From: Hyphochytrium catenoides
Lineage: Eukaryota; Protista; Hyphochytriomycota
Direction: 5' to 3'
DNA: 50,868 nt
Assembly (NCBI GenBank): GCA_900088475.1
Contig: FLMG01002948.1
Span: 1-50,868, forward strand
A program made the translations under genes and the position numbers. The notes beneath the pieces are model-generated. The model saw only the letters and a list, made by a program, of their open reading frames with translations, was not told the origin of the DNA and searched no databases. The first letter of the stretch is position 1; every line of letters begins with the position of its first letter. Positions 35,531 through 47,402 of this stretch are shown piece after piece.

Positions 35531-38500
35531 TGGTGGGACCAGTGCTGGACGACTAGCCCTTCATTCCCTAAGTATTATAAAGAGTCCTCGTCACCGCTCT
35601 GCATCACCCGAGTGCGCAGTCCTGTTTAAATAATGCAAGACTCTTGTCTCTTCTTTCTAACTCAAAGAGACTTAGTTCTTTCCCCTCCTCTCCTCTCTCT
35701 CTCTCTTTCTATCTCTCTTTCTTTGTCTGTCTGTCTGTCTGTCTGTCTGCCTGGCTCTCTCTTGTTTTTGCTCTTCAGCTGGAGTAGAAAGGATGAGGGA
35801 AATAGATGCAACAGAAATAGATCTATCGATGATCCTTCTACAGATCCTCCTGCCTCTTATTTATAAAGTTTGTCTGTCTAGAGAGGGTCGTGCCACGGAC
35901 ATCTGACGCAGCTTATGGCCGTTATTATGGCATAGAGCATGCATGAAGACACCAGCCGGTAGAGGGAGAGGTCAGAATAGTAGCAGGCCAGATGTAAGGA
36001 GGGGCCACACCAACAGGAGCAACGTAAGAGCTAGAGCAAGCGGTGTGTGGAGAGAAGGGTCGAGAGGCTAAGGTGTCCAGTGGGTGCCAGAGACAGAGAG
36101 TGCGAGATAAGGACAGAGAAAGAGAGGAGGAGATGAAGACAAAGAAGAAGAGCAAACGACAGAGAGAGAAAGAGGAGCTTGACAGGCGTAGAAGGCGAGA
36201 GAGGTAAGGACCATTCGCACGACAAGAGAAGATTAGCAAGCAGAAGAAGGAAAAGTAGGATTGCCATATTATTATGCAGCAGGCAAGGTGATCGAACAAG
36301 GAAAAGGATCTATTGAGCAAGAGCTGTTCTTTCTATCGAGCTTTTTCCGCTTCGAGCTGCTACAGGTAGGAGTACTACGTATGCCGTGCCTCATCACCTA
36401 TCTTCTCACCCCTGACCCAGCCATTGCTCTCATCCATAAGTCCTTCTTGGACAGCACTCACCGCGGCAGGTGTATATCACTTGGTCCGCACACCATAAGA
36501 ATAGGTCGTTTCAAGGATGCTAGCATGCGATATAGCAAGAGCGGCTCATCCAGGGCCAAAGTAATCATCATTGAAGGAAGGAACGAACCTTCAAGAGGAG
36601 AGAGCTGATCAAAAGGACCATGAAGAAGAGAAAAACTGACGATCAACCTTCTTCCCTCTAGCCAAGCAACCGTCACAAGAGCTGTCACAAGCGTCTACCT
36701 CTAGATGAACTGGTTTGCCCTCCTGCTCTTGATTGACACCTCCTGCCTGCCTGTTGCCTTTGCTTTGAGGCTCCGTCAGGAATGATGGTCACCTTCTGCT
36801 TGCACGTGGTCAAGGCTACCAATCAAGCCTTGTATAGCAAATAAATAGAAACCGCCAGGACAGCCAGCAGTGGGTTTTCTCTTCGCGATCTTCTTCCGAC
36901 CTTCACTTGCCCCATAATCCCATCCTGTTGGCGCTCTCCTGCCGTAGAACATCTAACATTGGACCTGCCTGCTTGCCTTTGCTGTTGCTTTCTTTCATAC
37001 ATTCAAACAGTCGGCGGCTTGGTCATCTTGCTGGCTGGCTCAGAGTTTCGAGAACAACAGTCAAATTTTGGGCCTTTTCTCTTCAATAAATGGAAGACTG
37101 AAGCTGCAGAAACGGAGCATCCTCAGCGGATTACTCATCAGGATCTTCACCTGGTAGACAAAGCTCTTCGAAGGTAGAAAACTGGATAAAAGTGAACAGA
37201 AACCACTCACATTCCTATAAAACATGATTAATACTTTGACACTAAATAGAATCCCTCTATTAGGATAGAGGACTTTTGCCATGTATTCCTCCTTTAGATT
37301 GGCATATGTCATTTTTAATTATTCCTTTTTCCAGGATATCACATTCTGAAAATACCTTTTTGCAGTAAATTGAATAGGCCATAATCGGAGTGCTTCACTG
37401 CCCTCGCAAGTTGAACGACAAGGCATTATTACAGGTGGGTGGTTCTGCCGTATCTCCTTTGCAACTGGGTTATCGCTGTTAGACCATCCCGCCAATCTGT
37501 AGAACTACGGAACTATGGAGAGAGATTTAGGATCTGCCTGTGTTTCTCCTGTTATTTTATAGTATTGACACAGCTCTTTTTAGGTTGATTTGTACAAAGT
37601 TCTTTGGCTATTGATTTGCTGTTTTATGTCTGTGATGATGAACCCAACCATGCCCGTTCTTTGCAATTTGAGTCTTCGTTTCGCAATTCAATGGTCTATG
37701 GCCAGTTTAAAACCAGGCGGTTGCAGATTCTAATAAGATGGAAAGACAGAGAACTATCAACGACAACTATCGCCTTGCCTAGCTCCTTGCCTTTTATTCT
37801 CTAGTCATTCTCAGTTGTCACATTAGAACCCACAGGGACAGCATTTCATAATATTTCTATGACCTTCCCAGCCTAGTTTCTGCAGCGAAAAGGTAAATAA
37901 GAGACAAACAAGCAGCCCCACATCGACATGATCGTCTCTCCTCTGCTTTCCGTGAAGGGTATTGCTACTAACTCCTAATGTATAAACCCTACCCTATTAC
38001 AACTTATTGTGTCTTACTACGTCCTCTCTGTCTTGGGGTCATTATGGGGATAGTCGGTGAATTACTCATTCTGGACTATCTTTGTGTCCCCACCGCATTA
38101 ATTGACTTCGATAAATCTTACTACGTCGCTCTAAATAGGCTAAACCAGGTTAAACAAGCCTCTGTTGATATTATTACTACCGTGCGGAGTCCTTCCCTGA
38201 CCGTTTTGACGTGAGATCTGACACTTTGCAGCACATCCAAGGCCAGCCTACCCAACCCATCAAGGCGGAGTAGGATTAGGTTATAATGAAGTGTTTTGGC
38301 TCTCAGACTTTGGTTTATAGGCTAAGGTTTGAGTCAGCCTCACTTATGTTCCCGACGAGCTGTCAACCAAGAATCAGGAAACGGCGGAAAGTGAGGTGAG
38401 TGCCATAGAGTCAACGCTGTCGCTTTGTGGCTTAGGATTTCTTAGGGTTAATAGACAACAAGCCAACGGACAAGGAAGTGCAACGGCGGAGAGAGGATGA

Positions 38501-38896
38501 TGACCGTCGTTGCTTGATATCTCTCTTCTCTCCTCCCTCCTCCCCTCCTTCCTTCCTTCATCTCTCTGTCTGTCGGCCCACTCGCCTCGACCATTTCTCT
38601 CCTGTCACAGTGATGAGACCTAGCGACTGTCGTCCAACAGCTGGGGAGATGATGAAATCCTCTGCTTCTTAGCCAGCTTCCTCCCTCGTCTAGCCCTTTC
38701 GAGCCAATGATAAAGTAAGGGAGAAATGCTTTGCTTATTATGTCTCTCAGTGGGCGGGGTCGCCTGCTGTTGTTGATCTCACTTTTCATAAATCCAACAG
38801 ACACACATCAGAGCGACCTAAGGTAGTCGTCTTAAGCAATACTCCTTAATAACTAAGCGGCCGTCCCCTACAAGCCACACAACACCATCATAAACC

Positions 38897-39658
38897 ATGA
38901 GCAACGTCATCAAGGTTGAGCACATTGAGAGGGAGAAGCTGTACACAGACCTCTGGTACAGATTTCAATACCTTGCCAAGTTCGTAAACTTTGGCGCTGA
39001 GGATATCGCTGTTCTGAAGCAGGCTGCCCCTCTCGTGGCACCAGCCGTCCCTTCCATCGTGGACGCAGTTTACGTGAAGCTTTTCTCCTTCGACATTACC
39101 AAGGAGGTGTTCCTCTTCAGAAATGAGGGCTTCAAGGGCCAACTTGCTTCATCTATCGATGCTCTGGACGTAAACAATGACCAGATTAAGTTTAGAAAGG
39201 ACTTCCTGGGCAAATACCTTGTCAAGCTGGTTACCGCTGACTATGATGAGCGCTTTGTCCGTTATCTGGACTGGGTGGGCAAGATCCACACCACCACTCC
39301 TGAGAAGAAATCTAAGATTAATGTGGATTATATCCACTGCGGTGCTCTCTTTGGCTATGTGCATGGGCACTTGGTAGAGATTCTGGACAGCCACCCTGAG
39401 CTCCAGAGCAACCAGAAGCTCCGAACTGCCGTCTTGGCAGCCTTCAGCAAGCTCCTCTGGATCCAAAATGATCTCTTCACTCGCCACTACGTCAAAGACG
39501 GGGAGGAGTTCCGAGCAAAAAAAGCAGCATCCACTGAGTCCGGTGGAGCCTGCTGCAGCGTCCTTTCCCAGCCCTCTGTGGCGTGGGCGGTCGCTTCAGT
39601 CGCCACAGCAGTAGCAGCTGTGGCGCTCATTAGCACGAACCACCATAACCATCATTAG
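38897..39658 (+). CDS. Sensor-type single-domain globin (protoglobin/globin-sensor family) with a C-terminal hydrophobic tail, 253 aa, intronless
   Basis: Motifs LYTDLWYRFQYLAKFVNFGAEDI, IVDAVYVKLFSFDIT (B10 Tyr), QIKFRKDFL, YLDWVGKIHT (proximal His), VDYIHCGALFGYV and AFSKLLWIQNDLFTRHY are typical of fungal/bacterial sensor single-domain globins. Confidence 0.9.
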   Translation: MSNVIKVEHIEREKLYTDLWYRFQYLAKFVNFGAEDIAVLKQAAPLVAPAVPSIVDAVYVKLFSFDITKEVFLFRNEGFKGQLASSIDALDVNNDQIKFRKDFLGKYLVKLVTADYDERFVRYLDWVGKIHTTTPEKKSKINVDYIHCGALFGYVHGHLVEILDSHPELQSNQKLRTAVLAAFSKLLWIQNDLFTRHYVKDGEEFRAKKAASTESGGACCSVLSQPSVAWAVASVATAVAAVALISTNHHNHH

Positions 39659-39961
39659 AAGTCTCTTGTATGTATAACTACTAATATTATTTACTACTTG
39701 GTAACTACGATGTCATGGCCAAAAATGGTGGATCCCTCCTCGCTAGAGGTTGGACGATAGAGAGCTTGGGGTGACGATTTTAAGGTTGTTGCTATGCTAA
39801 TCATACGACGAGGAGGTGATGGCGACTGTATCTATCATACGGAGTCCCCGAGAAGAACTAACGTACCTTACCTATGAGGAGTAGAAGAGATCAAGAAGAG
39901 CAACACCTTTAGACCAAAAGATGACCTTCACTTTTTTTCCACAATATATCAGTTACCACCG

Positions 39962-40147
39962 CTAGCTTCCCCTCCCCTCCTGGCGATGGAGGACGACCAG
40001 TGATATTGTCACGCATTCACACTAGCTTCTCCTCCCCTCCTGGCGATGGAGGACGATCAGTGATATTGTCACGCACTCACAGACTAGCTTCTCCTCCCCT
40101 GCTGGCGATGGAGGACGACCCGACCAGTGATATTGTCACGCACTCAC
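39962..40147. repeat. Tandem repeat, three copies of a roughly 60-bp unit
   Basis: Unit ctagcttc(c/t)cctcccctcctggcgatggaggacga(c/t)cagtgatattgtcacgca(t/c)tcaca starts at 39962, 40022 and 40084; the third copy has a small internal duplication (cgacc). Confidence 0.92.
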
Positions 40148-40296
40148 AGCGACCAGCAGGGGGATAAACAGATGGGTGCAGCACCACCAGCACCACCCAG
40201 CAGGCCAACCCAAAGGAAGAATCGCTAGAAAACAAAAAGGAGGGACGAGATAGGCTGAGTCAGTGATAGTGTTGAGAAGAGCAACAGAGGAGTCGG

Positions 40297-40342
<46 letters not shown>

Positions 40343-40812
40343 GGGGACAATAAGAACGTGGTGAGCGTGAGCGCTGATGGCTAATGATGAGAGAAGCAGA
40401 AGGGCAGGATAACGGTCGCAATGTCCTTTGAGATGGGCCATACGGCAGGTCGTTAGCGGCTCCCGCTCTGTAACCGACCAATGGATAATGTACTGTATGT
40501 AACCTTTGAAAGGGTATCATATCTCGCGCTCCTCGCTCTTGCTCTTGGCGTCTCTCGCTTGTCCTCCGCCGTATCTCGCTTCCCAAATGTATCTACGGTA
40601 TTTAGCGTCTTTGAACATCTGACTCCACGTATTTAACTCTGTCTCTCACAACACTTCTTACCTTCGACTCTCTTATTGCCGCTTCTTGCTGTATATTGTG
40701 TTCCTTTCTTCCCCTGCCTTTCCCTATATTGCCTCCTAGCTGTACACTTTGGTTCTCCCTTATCGTCTGACTCCTATGCTTCTCTATCCTCTCTCTCTCT
40801 CTCTCCCTCTCT

Positions 40813-40877
<65 letters not shown>

Positions 40878-41542
40878 CGCCATCCTTCTTTCCGACTGAC
40901 CGCTGAAGGTGAGAGCCGCAGCTCTTCGTACCAGCGGAAGGTGCAAGAAAGACAGATGATCGCGTAGTGTTCGCCTCCTCTACTCACAGATGCCACTGTC
41001 AACCAACGACCACTCCTCTCTGCTGCTCGTCTCTCTCTCTCTCTCTGTCTCTCTGTACTGCTCTTCTCTCACACTTTTCCCAGCTAACAGAACAGTGGCT
41101 GCACTGAAGAGCTTCTCGGCCTCTCTTCCCAGCAGTGCCTTGCCCAGCAACGCCTTTTCCGGTCTTGGCTCTGGTTTCGGCCTCACATGGACTGGCGCTT
41201 TACTTCTTCAAGAAATTTAACTTCTTAAAGAAGTACCGAAAGGAGTGCAGGTTTCCTATCTCCTAAAAGGGAGCGCAATGGAGCTTGATACATAGCCAGA
41301 GGAGTCCACTCTCTCTAGGCTCTCTTTCTCTTTCTCTTTCTTTATCTCTCTCCTCTCTTCAGCTCACACTGAGGACACCACGGCTTAGATTATCTTCCCA
41401 TAGGCATTCCAACTTCCATCTTCTGATCCTCTTCTCTCTTTTGCTCTCTTCTTCCGCGCTCTCCTAGCTCTCGGGCTCGCTCCTGCATTCTCTCTTATCC
41501 CTCCGCCTCCAGTCTATCCTTGGCTTCTCTCTCTCGGTCACA

Positions 41543-41988
41543 ATGTCCTCCGTACACCCCTCGCCAAGCTTCAACACCAGCCCAAGCTTCAAAAATCCGC
41601 GGAAGCAGAAAGCGGCAAGAGAGAGACTGAAGAGTCTCAAAGTGGTGCCATCTCCCGAAGCACGAGCGTCAATCCTCAAGAGTGATGGGTACAAATCTAT
41701 GACGAATATCAAGCAGAAGGACGATCAGCTGCTGCGGGAGCTGCACTCTAAGATGTCGATCAAGCCTTCCTTTGAGGAGGATATGCCCTTGAAGAGAGAC
41801 GATGATGAGGAGATTGATTTTGATGATGTGAGGGACACGCCTTCCTCTCTCTCTCGACCCTCTCTCTCTTCTCTCTATTTATCAACCAGACTCTCATCTA
41901 GTCAACACTCACTCTGTTCCATCCTCCGTTATTCCTTCTCTTCTATCCTCTTTGCTCTCACTTTACCTTTCTTCATCTTTCTCCCCTT

Positions 41989-42045
<57 letters not shown>

Positions 42046-42905
42046 CCTCTCCCCTACACATGCAGGCGCTCCGGTGGCGGCAGCAGCAGATGGTGCGGCG
42101 ACCTGATGGCTCCGAATTCTCTGTTTGGGACACCGAAGTCCACGAACTATCGCGCTTCGGCGTCGGGTTGGAAGCGTACTTCACAGCTCTGGTAGGGCAA
42201 GAAAGGGACGGGAGCGTCCACTTAGGGCATTTGAGCATTGAGGCTTTTTTAACCTTTCTTAATATCTTTAAGAACTATCTCGCTGAGTCTCTCTCTCTCA
42301 CTTTGTCTTCCTCTCTCTCTTTGTCTTCCACTCTCTCTCTCGCTTTCTTTCTCTCTCTCTCTTTTCGGCCGACATCTTCTTCCCTCTCCTTTCCTCTGGA
42401 CGAGTCATGATATTGTTTTGCCACCTGGGTGCTCTCTGTCCTTTCATCTTCTCTCTCTCTCCCCTCTGCCTCTGGGTCTACGGATACCCAAGCGTCGATC
42501 TCTAATCTCTTCCCATTATCCCTCTCTTTTCCTTCCTCGCTCGCCGTAGAAAACAATGGCGTCAATCATGCTCTTCTACTCGATGCATTATATTCCTGCG
42601 CTGCTTGTCAACTTCACCGGCGGCGGCATCTCAGGACCATCACTTGCGACTTCCACGTTTGGTGAGGCCTCAGACCTCACATTACTTGCTCTCTCAAGGC
42701 AGCCTATCAATATTATCGTTGTCTCTCTCTCGGACCGGAGGCTCCCTGTCTCTTTTCCTCCTTATGCGCTGTGACTCTTGTGTGCTCTATCTGTTCTCTT
42801 TCTCTCTCTCCTTCTTTCTCTCTCCCTCTCCCTGTCTCTCTTTCTCTCTCAATGTGCTCTCTCTCTTCCTACCTCTCCCCCGCGTCTCTCTTTCTCTCTC
42901 CCTCT

Positions 42906-42941
<36 letters not shown>

Positions 42942-44414
42942 GTGCCTCTCTCTCTCTCCCTCCCTCTCCCCCGCGTCGACTTCCGATTTCCTCCCCTTCC
43001 GTCCTACCTGCATCTCCACTCAACCCCATTGTTCTCATTGTCTCTCTCATCATGCCTCTAGGGAACTTGTTCAGAGGAGATTCATCTGTCATCGAAGTCG
43101 TTCAACTCTCTCTCCTGGGGGGAAAGCGCCTGTTAACTTACTATGCAGCCAATTTCACTGGGATCGTTGACGCGTTCGCCTGCTTTTACTTTCTCGCCCA
43201 CGTAAGCGCATCTTCCCCCGTTGTCTCTCTGTCTCTCTCTCTGTCTCTCTCTCTCTCTCTGTCTCTCTTTCTCTTTCTCCCTTGCTCTCTCTCTCTTGCT
43301 TTCTCCGGAATTTTTGATCCCGGCGGGCCTCTATGTCTCTGTCTCTTCCTCGCCTCAATCTAGCTCTTCATATCCCTATACCTTTCTATTTTCTCTCCCG
43401 CTCTCTCTCCCTCTCTCTCTCTCTCTCTCTTCTTGTTTGTCTCCTTTGTGTCTCATTTGTCTCTCTTTCTGTCTCTCTCTCTCCCCTCCAACTGTCAGTC
43501 TGTCTTGGCCAGGCGTATGATCTCAAATGATAGCACAATGGCGAAGAAGGCAAAGATCTCGGTCTCTGATTACTCTGTTGTTGTCTTTGACCTTCCTCTC
43601 ACCAGTACCAAGGTAAGGACAGCCCATCCAGAGTGAGAGGGAGGAAGAAGAGAGTTTCTGACACACAAATTCGAAGAAGGGAACTAAGAGGGAGAGAGAG
43701 AGAGAAGAAGAGAGAGAGAGAGAGAGATGAGAGAGATGGGGAGGGACGAGAGAGAGAGAGAAGAGAGAGAGGGAGAAGAGAGAGAGGGAGAAGAGAGAGA
43801 GAGAAGAGAGAGAGAAAGAGAGAGGGAGAGAGAGAGGGAGAAAGAGAGAGAGAGAGAGAAAGAGAAAGAGAGAAACAAGTCGGACTCTCTGAGAATAGGC
43901 ATTATTTTTCTTTCTAAATGCGTTTTGACAGATGACAGCTAAAGATCTTTACCTCCTTTTCTCGCTCTCTCCCCTCTCCTATCCGCAGGAGACCATTGAA
44001 GAGCACTTCCGTCAGAAGTATGGCCCAGGTAGTCAGTTGGTCTAATCTTTTCCCTTTGGCGCTCCTCAACTCCGTGACGCTGTCTTTCAGTCTCTCTTTC
44101 TCTCTCTCTTTTTCTGGCATTTCTGTCCTGTCTATCCTTCAACCTCTGTCACGTGCCTAATGCCGGTCTTTAGACTCCTTACAACCGATTCTTTCTTCTC
44201 TTTCAGCTTGCTCTGTTCAGATCCCTGAGGTCTTCCTCTCTGGCCAGCCATCCAACTCTCTCTTTCTTTCTCTTTTCCAGTCTCTCTTCCGTCTTTTCTC
44301 TGTTTCTGTCTCTCTGTGCATCCCTTACTCTGTGTGCTTCCTTGGTTTGCTTCTCAAATTCTGCTGTTTGGTGCCGTCGTGTACTCTACTCACTCGACTC
44401 TCTCTCTTCTTCAA

Positions 44415-44445
<31 letters not shown>

Positions 44446-44724
44446 ACACTCACTCTCTCTCTCTCTCACACACACTCTCTCTCTCTCTCTCCTCTCCCCT
44501 CCACCAACTACAACCCTTCCCTGCCTGCACATGCATGTGCTCCTTTCTCCCTGTCTCTTTCTCTCTTGCTCTCCCTTTCTCTTCAGTGGAGGAGACGTAC
44601 CTTCAGTGGAACGACAATATTCTCCTTGCTCTCTGTAGCAGAAGAGGCGACCTAATCCACAGCATCGAAGTCTCCGAAGCCAAGATTAAGAAGCNNNNNN
44701 NNNNNNNNNNNNNNNNNNNNNNNN

Positions 44725-44756
<32 letters not shown>

Positions 44757-45130
44757 TGTGGTTCAAGGGCAAGTTGGATACAAGAGAGAGTGAGAGTGAG
44801 AGTGGGAGTAAGCTTCGGGACTAGCTCCAGCTAGGAAAGGAGTCGTTCAAAAAATTTTAGAAAGAGAAAGAGACTGCGCAACTCGAAGGGTTCACGAGGT
44901 GAAAGTGGGAGAGAGCGATATGTGAACCCGAACGTGGTTCTTCCTTCTGTCTCCTTCCCTTCCCTCAGAAACGCCCCTTCCGCTCGCTCTGTACCTCTCT
45001 CTCTATAACCTCGCCTTAGCTCCTTTCCTCTGTCTTGTCTCTTTCCTTCTCTTCACCTTTCTATCTCTTTGTTTTCTCTTCTTCATCTCTACTTTCTTTC
45101 TCTGTTCTTCTTTTCTTATTCTCTCCTCGG

Positions 45131-45181
<51 letters not shown>

Positions 45182-45434
45182 AGATAACCCTCATTCTTTC
45201 GCTCTCCTCCCTCGCTCACACTCTCTCCTTCTCTCTCTCTCTTTCTCATCAACCCCAACATAGGCTGTGGGCATCTCGGGCTGGCTGGAGAAGCTGAGGA
45301 TCTGGTCCCGCCAGCGGCAGCTAAAGAAAATCAGTGCGGAGATCACAAAGCGGATGAGCAATCATAGTTATCAACCCGTGGCCGCCTTCGTGACCTTCAG
45401 TGAGGAACAGTCAGCCATCGATTGCATTAACGAA

Positions 45435-45477
<43 letters not shown>

Positions 45478-46442
45478 CTCACCGAGAGTGAGAGAGAGAC
45501 AGGGAGAGAGAGAGAGAGACAGAGACTGACAGAGAAAGGGACTCACAGAGAGACAGGGTTGAGAGCGCGTGAGATACGGAAAAGGAGAGAGAGGGGGTGT
45601 CGCACAGACTCACGAGCGAAATAGAGAAACTAACAAACAGAGAGAGAGACTTACAGACAGAGAGAGAAAGACTCACAGAGAGAGACAAGCTTGAGAGTGC
45701 GGGAGAAGAGGAGAAGGGTAGAGGGACATGAGGAGACGAAGCTAGAGGACACGTTAAACATAGCAGAGCCAATAGCAGGAAAGCAAGGGAGGGGAAGGGC
45801 ACTTTGGGAACAAAAGGATCCGCTTCTTAAGCTCTCTTTCTTTTTCTCTCTCACTCTCTCTCTCTCCCTCTTCTCCCTCTGTCTTTCTCTTCTTGGTTGT
45901 CCACCATACAGATAGCAAATACCGTTCATCTCTTCAGCGCTGGTTTATGCCGAAGAGCCTTCTGTTCCAGGGCAACAAGATAAAGGCAAGTGTTGGAGCG
46001 AATGTGTCCTCTCTCTTGCCTCCTGCTTTCCTCTCTTCCAGCCACTGTCTCGCTCCTCCTAAGATATATCTTTCTCCCCCTTCGAATAGAAAGAGAGAAA
46101 GCGTTGGTTAGTCCCACAAGAGAATATCTCTAAGAGACAGAGATAGCGCCTCCTCTCTCTCTTCCCTTCACGTGTCTCTTGCTCAACACGTACACCGCTG
46201 TGCTCTCTCTTTTACTCCTCTCCTCTCCTCTCTCTCGCTCTCTGTCCCTGTCTCTTTCCCTGTGCCGGTGTGTCTCGCCTCTTTCCCTTTCCCCTCATTT
46301 TCTCTCTATCCTTATCATGACGCTTTCTCTCGCTAGCTCCTACTTCTCTTTGGCGTTTACTCAGTGTGTGCCTTGTTGGGACAATTCTCACCCGTATTTC
46401 TCTCTCTCTCTCTCTGTCTCTCCCTCTCTCTCTCTATCTGTG

Positions 46443-46475
<33 letters not shown>

Positions 46476-46490
46476 GTGTGTCTCTCTCTC

Positions 46491-46525
<35 letters not shown>

Positions 46526-47371
46526 GTCCCTCTCCCTCTATCATTTCCCTTTGTCTCCATCTTCCTGTCTCTCTTTCGTCCCCCACTCATTCTCTCCTCG
46601 CTCAGGTGATGGTAGCTCCGGAACCCAGTGATATTCTCTATGAAAACCTGCACATCAGCGAGACAAAGAGAAGACAGCGCTCCGTCTTGATTGGCCTGGC
46701 CGTGGCGGCTCTCCTGCTCGTCTCTTTCGCTATTATTACCTTAGACTATGCGTATCAGGGGCAGATGAGCACGGCACAGAAGAGAAAGTGTCTCGCGAGA
46801 GAGGGAACTTTCTCCGAGCCAAGTGCCTACTCCTGCAACAGAGCCAGAACAGAGAACATCAGGACGGTAAGAGGAGAGAAAGATTGAGGTCGGCAAGGGA
46901 GAGAGAAAGCGGGAGAGAGGGAAGAGGGAAGAAAGAGGGAGAGAAAAACGGAGTAGTTAGAGAGAGAGACAGTGACAGAGATGGAGAAGAGAAAAGATGG
47001 TGCTGACGAAGGTTGAAGAGTAAGCTCTCTCCGTCATCTATTGACGCTGCCTTCGATGAACTGACTCTCCTTCGTTACTCCTATCTCTGCTTTTCGACAC
47101 TGAGCCTCTCTCCCTCGAATGCTGGACTCCTCTTCTACCTTTCTCTCATATCTCTGGTTCTCTGTCTCTTGCTCGCACTTCCTCTCTGTCTCCTTTCTCT
47201 TTCTCGTTCTCTGTCCCTTCCGTCCCTGGTTGCTTCCTTTCTCTTCATTCTGTTTCTTTCTCTCTCCTTGACTGATAAATGCCTCTTCAACCCGCCTCAT
47301 TTCTCTCTCCTCTCTGACTCTCTCTCTTTCTCACGCTCTCTCTTTCTCTCTCTCTCTTTCTCTCTCTCTTT

Positions 47372-47402
<31 letters not shown>

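Noticed and set aside
7874-39658. Functional link between the globin (gas sensor) and the REC-NEK kinase as one signalling system
   Set aside because: They are 25 kb apart with unrelated housekeeping genes between, there is no histidine kinase in the window, and eukaryotic gene order rarely implies a shared pathway.
39962-40147. CRISPR-like array
   Set aside because: The units are head-to-tail with no unique spacers, there are no cas genes, and the context is eukaryotic.
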